A DNA stretch of 64,000 nucleotides from an uncultured Methanosarcinales archaeon (GCA_964485195.1 CAZAIK010000004.1:33673-97672); one strand, 5' to 3'. Shown: positions 54,997 to 64,000, counted from the stretch's first letter. Notes: a model not told the origin generated them from the letters alone. Made by a program: numbers and translations.

Positions 54997-56205
54997 ATGT
55001 TCGCAGAATTGCTGATATTTGTCATTTTCGGAATATTTTTCGGGGTGCTGACAGGCATAACCCCGGGAATCCACATTAACCTGATTGCTGTGATTTTGCT
55101 GTCCATTTCCCCTTTCCTGCTGTTTTATTTCAACGTCCTTTCTGTGGTAAGCCTTATAATCGCAATGTCCGTCACGCACACCTTCCTTGACTTCATCCCC
55201 TCCACATTCCTGGGAGCTCCTGAGGAGGCAACAGCAATGGCTGCGCTGCCGGCCCACAAACTGCTGCTGAGGGGGATGGGCTATGAGGCTGTTAAGCTTT
55301 CAACAATAGGAAGTCTTTTATCATTAATCCTTGTCGCCTGCTCCTCCCTGATCCTGATAAGGGCGGTCCCGGCAATCTTCAGCTCAATAAAGGACTACAT
55401 AGGCTGGATTCTCCTCGCCATAGTAATCTTCATGATAGCAAAAACAGGAGCGAAGAACAGGGTATTCTGGAGCGCTTTTGTTTTCATTCTTGCAGGTGTT
55501 TTCGGAATAATAGTGTTCTCAATGCATATCAAGGACCCTCTTTTTCCGATGTTCTCTGGAATGTTCGGGGTTTCAATGCTCTTCACCTCCATCTTTGAAA
55601 GGGTTGTGATCCCAAAGCAGAGGACCACGGAGATGATAAAGGTAAGGAAAGGGAATGTCATCAAGGCAACTGCCGCAGGCAGCTTTTCAGGGGGATTGAC
55701 AACAATATTCCCCGGGCTGGGGCCTGCACAGGCCGCGGTGATAGCGAGCCAGTTTATGGGGAAAATCGGGATTTACAGCTACATAATATTAATAGGCGGG
55801 ATAGGCACTGCCTCAATGATAATGTCCCTTGTAACGCTTTTCACGATTGAAAAGGCAAGGAACGGCTCAATAATAGCTGTGCAGAGCCTGCTGGGCAATA
55901 TGGGAATGAATGAATTCTATGCCTTCATTGCGGTGACATTCATTGCAGGAGGGGCAGCTGTTTTCCTCTCGCTTTACATTGCCAAGATATTCTCGGGCAT
56001 CATCACGAGGATAAACTACCAGCTGCTGTGCCTGCTCATCATTATGACAATTATGATATTGTCAGTAATATTGACAGGGTGGATAGGCGCCCTAATCCTT
56101 CTGGTATCGACAACACTGGGGCTGCTGCCTCCACTGCTGAACGTGGGAAGAAACCACTTAATGGGAAGCCTTCTTCTTCCAGTAATATTTTATTTTATTC
56201 TTTAA
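54997..56205 (+). CDS. TctA-family (DUF112) membrane protein.
   Basis: Duplicated G-x-L-T-G-I-x-PG motifs (GVLTGITPGIHINL; GGLTTIFPGLGPAQAAV). At least 10 TM helices. Confidence 0.6.
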   Translation: MFAELLIFVIFGIFFGVLTGITPGIHINLIAVILLSISPFLLFYFNVLSVVSLIIAMSVTHTFLDFIPSTFLGAPEEATAMAALPAHKLLLRGMGYEAVKLSTIGSLLSLILVACSSLILIRAVPAIFSSIKDYIGWILLAIVIFMIAKTGAKNRVFWSAFVFILAGVFGIIVFSMHIKDPLFPMFSGMFGVSMLFTSIFERVVIPKQRTTEMIKVRKGNVIKATAAGSFSGGLTTIFPGLGPAQAAVIASQFMGKIGIYSYIILIGGIGTASMIMSLVTLFTIEKARNGSIIAVQSLLGNMGMNEFYAFIAVTFIAGGAAVFLSLYIAKIFSGIITRINYQLLCLLIIMTIMILSVILTGWIGALILLVSTTLGLLPPLLNVGRNHLMGSLLLPVIFYFIL

Positions 56206-56208
56206 GAA

Positions 56209-56634
56209 TTATTCTGCCTTTTTCCTGTAATTGCTTATCCACTTCTTGACTTCTGCTGTTTTGGGAAATCCCCATTGCCTGGCTTTTTCATCAGCATCCC
56301 TCTCCAGTTTCATCCCGTCTCCTTTTTTCCAGTTCCGCCCCTGAAGGGCGTGACCTAATTCGTGGGCAATGACATATCTCAGAACATTTACAGGGATTTC
56401 TCCTGGCAATATCAACTGAAGGATTGTGAATTTTCCATTAACACCGGGGAAGTGCATCGCCTGCCCCAACGACCCTTCGTGCAGGGCGGCAATAACAAGA
56501 TTCTTGGTCGCTTTCTCATATTCCTGTTCATTTAAGGATGATAAAACTTCTTTTAGTGCGTCCTGCGCCTTTTTATAGAATTGCAGGCTTTTCTGGGAGC
56601 TGATGAACCCTTCAATTTCCTTTTGCGATGGCAT
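56209..56634 (-). CDS. Small HExxH zinc metallopeptidase-like protein (ImmA/IrrE-like).
   Basis: VIAHELGHALQG motif in a 141-aa protein. Confidence 0.5.
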   Translation of the reverse strand: MPSQKEIEGFISSQKSLQFYKKAQDALKEVLSSLNEQEYEKATKNLVIAALHEGSLGQAMHFPGVNGKFTILQLILPGEIPVNVLRYVIAHELGHALQGRNWKKGDGMKLERDADEKARQWGFPKTAEVKKWISNYRKKAE

Positions 56635-56985
56635 ACTCTGCTCTGGACAATTTTTCCAGCCTTTTTATATCTTTTTAAATAAAAGCTCCCGGGGATTTTT
56701 TAAACTCCAGAGTGATAAATGTCTTGCGCTGCTGAATATTCCTGCTGTTACGGCCTGAAAAGAGAAATCATTGTCGAGGAAAAAGGGCATTACGAAAACT
56801 TTATAAAGGAGAACCTTTATTTTTAGTGCTGGAGGCTAAGTCTCCCCCGACATTAATACCCCATCGAAAAAACGCAAAGTATAAAAATAACCTAAATCAG
56901 TTTCACATTACTTCCATAAAAAAGATTGTTTGTAATGAACTTATGGACGCATAAGGTTCATACAAACCCGATAACTACTAATAAC

Positions 56986-56993
56986 AGGAGGTG
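56986..56993 (+). promoter_or_regulatory. Strong Shine-Dalgarno (AGGAGGTG) 6 nt upstream of the surface-protein ATG.
   Basis: Direct sequence: acAGGAGGTGtttaaATGG. Confidence 0.5.
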
Positions 56994-56998
56994 TTTAA

Positions 56999-59425
56999 AT
57001 GGAAGTTAAGAAGGCAATTAAGAAAGTTGTTGCCTTAGGCGCTGGAGCTACCATGATGGGAGCAACCCTGATGGGAGCTGTGGCAGCAGACCTAGCAGAT
57101 TACCCTGCGCCGTTCGTAAAGAACGGACAGTTCGACGCATTCATCGTCGTGGGTGATCAGGCAGCAGCTGAAGACGTTGTCGGCGCAGTCGACATTGGCG
57201 CAAGTCTTCAGTTCGAGATGAGAGAGGAGGAGTTCGTTTCTACCGGGACTGCAAATGTTCTTGTTTCCGATGGGGTAAAAATCAAGGGAACTGGTTCTGA
57301 AGTCCTGAACTACAACGAATCCATCGGAGAAGTGAGAGACACGACTCTGGACGAGGAAGACATGCCAGTGATGTTGGCAGAAGGCCGATACTCTGAGAGC
57401 GAAGGAGCAACAGACAACGACGAGAATTATGTCCAGGAGCTTTTGCTTAACAACACAAACGGCATAACACTGCACGACCAGCCAGATGATTTGGACCACG
57501 ATGACTACCTGGAACTGCTGGATGACGGGCCAATATATGTCTACACTCTGGAGTTTGACGACCCGGTTGAGTTTGAGACATCATCATCTGTGGACGGCTC
57601 GCTAGACGACGACATAGAGGGAACGCAGATAGAGATACAAGGAAACCTGTACACCATAACAGATGTCAAGTTTGAGAACAATGCAAACCTGTCGGACATG
57701 ACATTGATGGCAGGAGACACTCTTGTATGGCTGATGCAGGACCAGGTGATTGAGAAGACAGTCAACGGCGTTAGCCACGAGATAAAGGTCGTTGACGTGA
57801 CCGACAACGAGGATTCCTGCGGAGTCTCTGTGGACGGATTCGTGGCCTGGATTGATGTTAAGTCAGACAAGACCATCAACGGAGTGAACATCGGAGTGCT
57901 TGACGCAAAAGCTGTACACGCACAGCTGCAGGACGTTGACATCTGCGAACTGAACATCGGAGCTACAGAGATAGACATAGAGAACGCTGAGGTAGATGGG
58001 TTCAACTCTTCAAATCTTGGAGGTTCTTCCATCACAGTAGACGGAATGGAGATTGACGACGCAGAAGTAGGCCTTGTAAGCGAAGGAGATGGAAAATGGG
58101 GCGGTATAATAATTGAGTTCACGCCAGACGATGACGTGTTCTTGGCAACTGACCAGGAATTCATTGACCCAGTGCTTGACAACTTCAAGTTTTTGATGGG
58201 AGGCGTGACAACACCGAGAGAGGAGATTGAACTGAAAACTTCCGGTTCAAAGGACGCAGAGCTGACCTTCATCAACAACGACGGAAAGAAAGTTGAAATC
58301 CCGCTCTATGTCAACGACGCAGAGACAGGATTCGGCCTAGGTTCTGACGACGACGAGCCATTGCTGCTTGAAGGAGACACCTTTGACTGCGGAACATCCC
58401 TGGAGGACTGTGACGGGGTGCTGTTATATGCACTGACAAGCGGAGACACCGCTCACGTGCTTGAAATAACAAACCTTGACACAGACGACACAGAGGTTGA
58501 CCTCAAGGACCTGACCTACGGAAGGAACTTCGATGACAAGAATTATTCCAGTTCAATCAGCCTGGGCTCACTGGGCTCAATAACCCTGACGGACTCTGGT
58601 TCAGGAGTAATCACCGCAACAAACCTTGACACAAACAACAACAACTACGCAGAGACCAACTACGGAGGAAATCTTACGCTTGACTCTGCAGATGCTTTGG
58701 GAGGAACTGTAGCAGCTAATGACACAGTTACTGAAGTCTTCCTGTTCACAGAAGACGATACTGACGACACAGATATTTCTGCACAGACCCTGAACGTGAC
58801 TGCGCAATACGACAGGTCGGATGACGATGAGCTTGAAATCTCACTGACCACAACAGGCGTTGTTTTCGAGCCTACAGGCGGTGTGGACGAGAGCGAAGAC
58901 AATTCCGACGTGAGGTACTACACAACCCTTCACGGAACAATTGTTGAGGTTGACGACGAGGACGACGACTACGTGACAATAATGTATCCGCAGGAAGAAG
59001 TTGAGATAAATGCTTTCATAGCACCAACATCTGCTCAGATAACATCATCTGGCGGAGACATCTCAACAATGACCCTGGACAAGATAAACGTCGGAGCAGC
59101 CAGGCTTGCATCTGAAGTGGATGTGGGAAGCGAGAACCTCATACTTGTAGGAGGGGCTTGCGCCAACGCAGCTACTGCAGAAGCTATGGACCTGCCTTTC
59201 AACGCAGCAGGATGTGAGGGCGACCTCCAGAGCGGGGAAGCAATCATAAAGCTGGTTGAGCACGACACAGGCAAGGTCTCAATGGTCGTGGCTGGTATGG
59301 ACGCAATCGACACAAGAAGGGCTACAAGGGTTGTTTCAAACTACGCTGCTTACGACCTGAGCGGAAGCGAAGCAAGAGTAACAGGAACAAGCCTGACCGA
59401 CATAAAAGTGAGCATGCCTTCATAA
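56999..59425 (+). CDS. Large, highly acidic secreted surface protein (S-layer-like).
   Basis: Signal peptide MEVKKAIKKVVALGAGATMMGATLMGAVAA. 808 aa, very D/E/T-rich. Contains the two-Cys domain shared with the 38267 protein. Long 5' UTR, strong SD and an oligo-T terminator. Confidence 0.65.
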   Translation: MEVKKAIKKVVALGAGATMMGATLMGAVAADLADYPAPFVKNGQFDAFIVVGDQAAAEDVVGAVDIGASLQFEMREEEFVSTGTANVLVSDGVKIKGTGSEVLNYNESIGEVRDTTLDEEDMPVMLAEGRYSESEGATDNDENYVQELLLNNTNGITLHDQPDDLDHDDYLELLDDGPIYVYTLEFDDPVEFETSSSVDGSLDDDIEGTQIEIQGNLYTITDVKFENNANLSDMTLMAGDTLVWLMQDQVIEKTVNGVSHEIKVVDVTDNEDSCGVSVDGFVAWIDVKSDKTINGVNIGVLDAKAVHAQLQDVDICELNIGATEIDIENAEVDGFNSSNLGGSSITVDGMEIDDAEVGLVSEGDGKWGGIIIEFTPDDDVFLATDQEFIDPVLDNFKFLMGGVTTPREEIELKTSGSKDAELTFINNDGKKVEIPLYVNDAETGFGLGSDDDEPLLLEGDTFDCGTSLEDCDGVLLYALTSGDTAHVLEITNLDTDDTEVDLKDLTYGRNFDDKNYSSSISLGSLGSITLTDSGSGVITATNLDTNNNNYAETNYGGNLTLDSADALGGTVAANDTVTEVFLFTEDDTDDTDISAQTLNVTAQYDRSDDDELEISLTTTGVVFEPTGGVDESEDNSDVRYYTTLHGTIVEVDDEDDDYVTIMYPQEEVEINAFIAPTSAQITSSGGDISTMTLDKINVGAARLASEVDVGSENLILVGGACANAATAEAMDLPFNAAGCEGDLQSGEAIIKLVEHDTGKVSMVVAGMDAIDTRRATRVVSNYAAYDLSGSEARVTGTSLTDIKVSMPS

Positions 59426-59458
59426 AGGCAGCTTATTTTTTTTCTTTTTCTTTTGTTT
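59416..59458 (+). terminator. Hairpin (GCCTT-CATA-AAGGC) followed by a T8 and T-rich tract, immediately after the surface-protein stop.
   Basis: Seen directly. Oligo-T tract of the archaeal intrinsic-terminator type. Confidence 0.45.
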
Positions 59459-59698
59459 TGAACGAGAACTAGTTTGGAATCTTTAAAAATTAAAACAATA
59501 AATATCTCCCAGTCAATTCTTAAAACTCTTATTTGTTTAATTGCTGTTGGTTTTTGTTGCCAGAATTGCAGATATATCACTGTTTATAGACAATATTATT
59601 CCATCCTGCGTGGCAATAAGAACAAAAGAGTGATAATTACTCTGTTTTAATGCAGGACTATAGCAAGATTTTTATTTTTATCAACATACCCTAAAAGA

Positions 59699-60367
59699 AT
59701 GAGTAAAAATAGAATGCCAAAAGTTCTTGTGGGATGTCCCACTTATGAAGGCAAGGCCTACTGCTTTGATGAATATGCAAGGTCTGTGCAGAACCTTGAC
59801 TATGGCAATTATGACATACTGCTGGCTGACAACTCCAAAACAGAGGAGTATTTCAATAAAACAAGAGAAAAACTGCCTGCAATTAGGGTGCAAAACTATG
59901 AAAATCCCAGGAAGACGCTTGCTGAGGCCAGGAATGCCCTCCGTAAGAAGGCCCTCGAGGGAAATTATGATTTTTTCCTCAGCCTTGAGCAGGACGTAAT
60001 CCCCCCAGAAAATGCGATTAAAAAATTAATTTCCCATAATAAGGACATTGTCACGGGGAACTATCTTGTGCCGAAGAGAATCAACAACAAGGTTTTTCCG
60101 GTCTCGCCCGTGCTGATAAAAAGGAACGGAAAATTCATCACAGCTGACAGGGGTGTTCTTGATTCTGAGAATCTGGCGGAGATAGAGGCCTGCGGGCTCG
60201 GCTGCGTTCTGATAAGCAGGAAAGTGCTTGAGAAAATAAAATTCAGGCACGAGGAAAACAGCAGAACGTGGGATGACATGTTCTTCTCAAAGGACGCAAG
60301 GCAGGCGGGCTTTCAAATATTCCTGGACCCAACGATTAAGTGCAGGCACCTCATAAAAAGAGGTTAA
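59699..60367 (+). CDS. Family 2 (GT-A) glycosyltransferase-like protein.
   Basis: GT-A N-terminal region (VLVGCPTYEGKAYCFDEYARSVQNLDYGNYDILLADNS) and a DxD-like LEQD. Confidence 0.55.
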   Translation: MSKNRMPKVLVGCPTYEGKAYCFDEYARSVQNLDYGNYDILLADNSKTEEYFNKTREKLPAIRVQNYENPRKTLAEARNALRKKALEGNYDFFLSLEQDVIPPENAIKKLISHNKDIVTGNYLVPKRINNKVFPVSPVLIKRNGKFITADRGVLDSENLAEIEACGLGCVLISRKVLEKIKFRHEENSRTWDDMFFSKDARQAGFQIFLDPTIKCRHLIKRG

Positions 60368-60463
60368 GTCAGTTAATAAGTGAAATGCTGGCACTGCGCT
60401 CCGTGCCAATGCTGATTAGGAGTTCAGTCGGTTTATTTGGAATCTCACAGCAATTATAGCAAT

Positions 60464-60661
60464 ATGAAACTTACAGTTGTCCTGGAAAGACAGGAAGAGG
60501 GAGGCTACAGTATACGTGCCTTCCTTGCCCGGATGCGTTTCGCAGGGGATACAAGAGAAAAAGCGCTTAGAAACATAAAAGAAGCAATTGAGCTGTACCT
60601 TGAGCCTGATACCAGCGAAATTCTGGAGTATAGCGGAGAGAAGGTTAAAGTCGCTATATGA
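60464..60661 (+). CDS. hicB: HicB-family antitoxin (UPF0150).
   Basis: MKLTVVLERQEEGGYSIRAFLARMRFAGDTREKALRNIKEAIELYLE matches the HicB pattern. Confidence 0.7.
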   Translation: MKLTVVLERQEEGGYSIRAFLARMRFAGDTREKALRNIKEAIELYLEPDTSEILEYSGEKVKVAI

Positions 60662-60663
60662 AG

Positions 60664-60892
60664 ATGCTCACTTTCTGGACTTGAACTTATTAAACACCTG
60701 GAAAAATTTGATTTTGTGGCTACAAGGAGAAAAGGCTCTCACGTGAGACTTGAAGAGTATAATAGCACAGCTAAAAAGACGATAAAAATAACTGTTCCGC
60801 TTCACAAGAACCTGAAAAAAGGGACCCTCATCAGGATGATTAAAAGCGCTGGCTTAACACTTAAAGGTTTTGAAAAGTTAAAGAATTCATAG
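60664..60892 (+). pseudogene. hicA: HicA-family mRNA interferase toxin gene with an early +1 frameshift. No in-frame start for the conserved reading frame.
   Basis: The frame beginning at 60668 encodes SLSGLELIKHLEKFDFVATRRKGSHVRLEEYNSTAKKTIKITVPLHKNLKKGTLIRMIKSAGL, the HicA GSH motif. The ATG at 60664 is in another frame and reaches TGA after 6 codons. Confidence 0.6.
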
Positions 60893-62104
60893 GCATTTTC
60901 CTGCGAAGCAGTTGTGCTTGTCCCTCACCAGCTTTATCCTTGCTTCGCTTCCAGCACTTTTGGCACAGCCAAACGCATTAATGCTTCTCTCGTCAGAAGC
61001 TGCTATTTTCTCGTTTCCATACATCCCCTCGCACATTAATTCAGCCTTTATTGCCTGGCCCTTCCTGAAGGGCTTTGGAAGCGTCTTTGACTTGTGAATC
61101 CCGAAATCCCCTGCTTTCAGCACCAGTTTCGTGTTGTACTTCTCTTCCAGCTTTCGCAGCTTTTTGTAAAACTCATTCCAGGACATCTGTTTTGCGGGCT
61201 TTCTTCCGTGCTCGTATTCCAGGAAATTCTGTATTCCCACCTTAATCCTGCTTTTCTTGCAGGCCTTTATTGCAAACTGTACCAGTTTCTCAATCTCCCC
61301 GTCATTAAGTCCGGGAACCCAGACAGGAGCTATGAGCATATCTGACTTTTTTCCCACATACCTGATTATTTTCTTGACGTGCTCCAGGTCGTAGGGAAAA
61401 TTTGCCATCTTCCCCGCAGTTTGCTCGTTGAGGGCGTCAAGGGAAATGTTAAACCTGGTCAGGCCCGCATCCATCAGCTCGTCAGCCATTTTTTCAGTCA
61501 GGAGCGTTGCGTTGGTGTCCATTGATATTGCACCCACATTCGCCATCCCCGCGATTTCCCTGACCAGCTCATTAAGCTCAGGGTAAAGCAGGGGCTCCCC
61601 GTGGGTTCCAATATGGCAGTTCCACCTTTCCCCTATGAAGCCCGCCAGCTTTTTTATCTCCTCAACCAGATAATCCCTCTCGATAAGAAAGTCAGTCTTT
61701 TTGCCAGAGCCGGCGCCTTCGTCAATGGAGCAGTAAACACAGTTCAGGTTGCATCCTGTCACGGGCTTAACCTCTATGACATTTGTGTTCCTGTAGATTA
61801 TCCCGAAGGCCGTGTTGCCTATGAGGGGAATGCCTGAATTCCTGTGTATGTACACTGTTTTTTTCTTTGTAACAGCATTTGTCAGGCTTCCCATATGCTT
61901 TTCAACAAGAAAATTGAATTTCCTTTCAGCCCGTTGCCGCGGAATGTTCTTGAAAACAATGCTGTTTTCATTTGCCTTAAAATCACCTATCCTCTCAACC
62001 TCCTCCCTTGGTATTTTCAGGTAATAATTCCTCAGAAACAGGACTTTCAGCGCGTTCTCCTCCTCCAGAAATCCCAATTGCTCGTATTCCAGCCTGGCAT
62101 TCAT
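60887..62104 (-). CDS. Radical SAM enzyme with an N-terminal extension of about 115 aa and a C-terminal 4-Cys cluster.
   Basis: VTGCNLNCVYCS is a CX3CX2C motif at about residue 117; GTHGEPLLYPE follows; C-terminal Cys at CEGMYG, FGCAKS and HNCFAGKC. Confidence 0.65.
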   Translation of the reverse strand: MNARLEYEQLGFLEEENALKVLFLRNYYLKIPREEVERIGDFKANENSIVFKNIPRQRAERKFNFLVEKHMGSLTNAVTKKKTVYIHRNSGIPLIGNTAFGIIYRNTNVIEVKPVTGCNLNCVYCSIDEGAGSGKKTDFLIERDYLVEEIKKLAGFIGERWNCHIGTHGEPLLYPELNELVREIAGMANVGAISMDTNATLLTEKMADELMDAGLTRFNISLDALNEQTAGKMANFPYDLEHVKKIIRYVGKKSDMLIAPVWVPGLNDGEIEKLVQFAIKACKKSRIKVGIQNFLEYEHGRKPAKQMSWNEFYKKLRKLEEKYNTKLVLKAGDFGIHKSKTLPKPFRKGQAIKAELMCEGMYGNEKIAASDERSINAFGCAKSAGSEARIKLVRDKHNCFAGKCL

Positions 62105-62165
62105 TTTATAAACTGCTATTCAAAAACTATTTAAATCCTGTTGTTTTTGCCTGAGCCGGGGGAAA

Positions 62166-62852
62166 ATGGAAAACGAAGTTGTAATAACCTACGAAACCCT
62201 CTTTGAAATCCTGCGAAGGGAGAAGTCCCGCGAGGAACTTCAGGAACTGCCGGAAAATTTTGAAGAGGAAGTCAAAAAATATTTGGAAGAGAAAAAGCAG
62301 TCATTATTCCCTGATTCTGATGACAAATTCTCAGAGCTTGAGCAGGAAAAAACCAGGAAGCAGATCCTCAACATCAAAAAAATCCTCAATGATGTTTATG
62401 AAAGAAGGGAAAAGAAGATTGCAAACATAGCCCTGAGCAAGAGCAGGATTCCCAAGAGCGTGATTGACATTTCCAGGCTGACGGATAAGGAAAAAAAGCT
62501 TTATGAGGAGCTTCTGGCTGTATTGAACAGCGCAAGGCAGGACACTTTAAGCAATGTTCTTCTTGAAAATTCAAACATTTCCGGGAAGCAGGAACAGGCT
62601 GAAGAGAGGCAGCAAGAAACCGGGCCTGAAAAGGAAGAAACACAGCCCCAGGAAGGGCAAAAGGCCTCGTTCAGGACAGCTGAAAGCGAGACAAAAACAG
62701 TCAGGTTCAAGTGCGACGTTTCCCAGTTTGTGGGGCCAAATCTTGAGATTTACGGGCCTTTCAAGTCAGAAGAAACAGCAGTCCTGCCCCTGAAGGTGTG
62801 CAATGTGCTCATTAACAAGGAAAAGGCAGAATTTGAGGATTCTGAGGAGTAA
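62166..62852 (+). CDS. GINS subunit (Gins15/Gins51-like), DNA replication.
   Basis: N-terminal A-domain pattern TYETLFEILRREKSREELQELPENFEEEVKKYL. C-terminal B-domain-like VRFKCDVSQFVGPNLEIYGPFKSEETAVLP. Confidence 0.55.
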   Translation: MENEVVITYETLFEILRREKSREELQELPENFEEEVKKYLEEKKQSLFPDSDDKFSELEQEKTRKQILNIKKILNDVYERREKKIANIALSKSRIPKSVIDISRLTDKEKKLYEELLAVLNSARQDTLSNVLLENSNISGKQEQAEERQQETGPEKEETQPQEGQKASFRTAESETKTVRFKCDVSQFVGPNLEIYGPFKSEETAVLPLKVCNVLINKEKAEFEDSEE

Positions 62853-62883
62853 ACTTTTTAAATAAGTCTCTTACACCTCTTAT

Positions 62884-63198
62884 ATGGCAAAATACCCAAA
62901 ATTAGTCAAGAGGCTCTGCCCTCACTGCAAAAAGCACGCAGAGCACAAGGTAACCCAGTCCAAGAAAAGGACTAGAGGCACTGCCAACCCTCTCGCCTGG
63001 GGCTCCAGGATAAGAATCAAGAGAAGGGGTAGGGCGAGGGGCCACGGCAACACAGGAAAGTACAGCAAGCCCGCAAACCCAAAAATGACCGGCAAGAAGC
63101 AGTCAAAAAAGACAGATTTCAGGTACGAGTGCAAGGAGTGCAGCAAGCAGCACGCGCAGGGCAAGGGATTCAGGGCAAAAAAAATAGAGATGGTGTAA
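62884..63198 (+). CDS. Ribosomal protein L44e.
   Basis: [12 protein letters not shown] ... GyGN ... CKECSK zinc-ribbon pattern. Confidence 0.85.
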   Translation: MAKYPKLVKRLCPHCKKHAEHKVTQSKKRTRGTANPLAWGSRIRIKRRGRARGHGNTGKYSKPANPKMTGKKQSKKTDFRYECKECSKQHAQGKGFRAKKIEMV

Positions 63199-63199
63199 A

Positions 63200-63379
63200 A
63201 TGAAAAAACAGGCTTCCAGCAAGTTCATAAAGGTCAAATGCTCAAAGTGCAAGAATGAGCAGATAATATTCGGAAAGATATCCTCAAATGTCAAATGCCT
63301 GGTTTGCGAGAAAATGCTAGCAGAACCCACCGGAGGCAAGGCCAAGATAAAGGCAAGGATTCTGGAAGTGCTGGAATAA
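63200..63379 (+). CDS. Ribosomal protein S27e (59 aa, absent from the ORF track).
   Basis: Manual translation [59 protein letters not shown], a C4 zinc finger. Confidence 0.8.
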   Translation: MKKQASSKFIKVKCSKCKNEQIIFGKISSNVKCLVCEKMLAEPTGGKAKIKARILEVLE

Positions 63380-63384
63380 TCACG

Positions 63385-64000
63385 ATGCTTCTTAAAAGAA
63401 AAGGATGGCCTGAGGAAGGCGAACTGGCGATATGCACAGTCACAAAGATAACAGGCAACTGCGTGTTTGTGAATCTTGACGAGTACAACAAGTCAGGAAT
63501 GATTCACATTTCTGAAGTAAGCCCCGGAAGGATAAGAAACCTGAGGGATTTCGTGAAGGAAGGAAGGGTTGTGATATGCAAGATCCTTAAGATAGACGAG
63601 CAAAAGGGGCACATAGACCTCTCTCTCAGAAGGGTTTCTGAGAGCATGAGAAGAAAGAAGAATGAGGAGATAAAGCAGGAGCAGAAGGCAGAGAAGATTG
63701 TTGAGATGGTCGCGCACAACCTGAAAGTTGATGCCAGGAAGCTTTACGAGGCAGTCGCTCCCAAGATTCTTGAGAAATACGACTTCCTGTATAATGCATT
63801 TGAGGATGTTGCGCTTAAAGGCGGCTCCCTGGCGGACCTGGGAGTGGACAAGAAATACGCAAAGGCCCTTGACGAGGCAGTGAAGCAGAAAATCACGCCG
63901 CCGGAAGTGTCAATAACAGGAACCTTCACGCTCTTAACATACGCTCCCGACGGCGTACGAGTCATAAAGACAGCGCTGAAGCCAGCAGAGGAAAAAGAAG
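63385..64000 (+). CDS. Translation initiation factor aIF-2 alpha subunit (partial; 3' end beyond the window).
   Basis: Manual translation MLLKRKGWPEEGELAICTVTKITGNCVFVNLDEYNKSGMIHISEVSPGRIRNLRDFVKEGRVVICKIL (S1 domain). Sits in the conserved L44e, S27e, aIF2alpha operon. Confidence 0.85.
   Translation, partial: MLLKRKGWPEEGELAICTVTKITGNCVFVNLDEYNKSGMIHISEVSPGRIRNLRDFVKEGRVVICKILKIDEQKGHIDLSLRRVSESMRRKKNEEIKQEQKAEKIVEMVAHNLKVDARKLYEAVAPKILEKYDFLYNAFEDVALKGGSLADLGVDKKYAKALDEAVKQKITPPEVSITGTFTLLTYAPDGVRVIKTALKPAEEKE

Noticed and set aside
56999-59425. Acidic proteome as a sign of a halophile (for example a nanohaloarchaeon)
   Set aside because: Only the surface proteins are strongly acidic. 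The ribosomal and metabolic proteins in the window are K-rich, so a salt-in halophile is unlikely.
1-64000. CRISPR arrays, integrases and transposases
   Set aside because: No direct-repeat/spacer periodicity and no integrase or transposase-like ORFs were seen. The only mobile-element hints are the HicAB pair and the tRNA-fragment-like sequence.

Overview
This 64 kb window (about 45% GC) looks like a reduced archaeal genome, possibly a DPANN-like lineage. That lineage guess is an inference from gene content, not a database result.

The archaeal backbone is clear:
- Ribosomal proteins: L1, the stalk proteins P0 and P1, S3Ae, S24e, S27ae, L44e and S27e.
- Transcription and translation: RpoE, Spt4, aIF-1A, aIF-2alpha, the proteasome beta subunit, aCPSF1, Bud32 and GINS.
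- Three intron-containing tRNAs: Tyr-GUA with a C1-G72 pair, His-GUG with a genomic G-1, and Gln-CUG with A1-U72.

Several bacterial-type genes sit on this backbone:
- A bacterial-type TyrRS with a C-terminal S4 domain.
- A lipoprotein signal peptidase (LspA), with a lipobox Cys-rich protein elsewhere in the window.
- SppA and a class II LysRS.
- A HicAB toxin-antitoxin pair whose hicA is frameshifted.

The most coherent unit is a tyrosine-centred supra-operon at 0.2-9.2 kb, made of:
- Two tandem Lrp/AsnC regulators over a divergent promoter that carries paired GTTTCAG/CTGAAAC palindromes.
- A prephenate dehydratase that lacks the ACT domain.
- A 561-aa group II PLP decarboxylase translationally coupled to the bacterial-type TyrRS, reminiscent of the tyrDC-tyrS tyramine operon.
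- A frameshifted FAD-oxidoreductase remnant.
- An intron-containing tRNA-Tyr sitting 16 nt upstream of a tightly overlapped chorismate mutase, prephenate dehydrogenase, prephenate dehydratase and aminotransferase operon.

A second pairing of a tRNA with its cognate synthetase occurs at tRNA-His and HisRS.

Other points:
- Truncated paralogs suggest ongoing gene decay: a DapB' beside dapA with the intact dapB 30 kb away, a Dph2 missing domain 1, a half-MFS transporter, and a HAD-like protein without the catalytic Asp.
- Two uncharacterised radical-SAM enzymes carry extra Cys clusters.
- A 517-aa glycine-zipper protein is co-oriented with Bud32.
- A HerA/FtsK-like ATPase has a C-terminal membrane anchor.
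- A highly acidic S-layer-like protein shares a two-Cys domain with a small secreted paralog.
- A 35-nt sequence is repeated downstream of two genes.
- I saw no CRISPR array and no clear mobile element.
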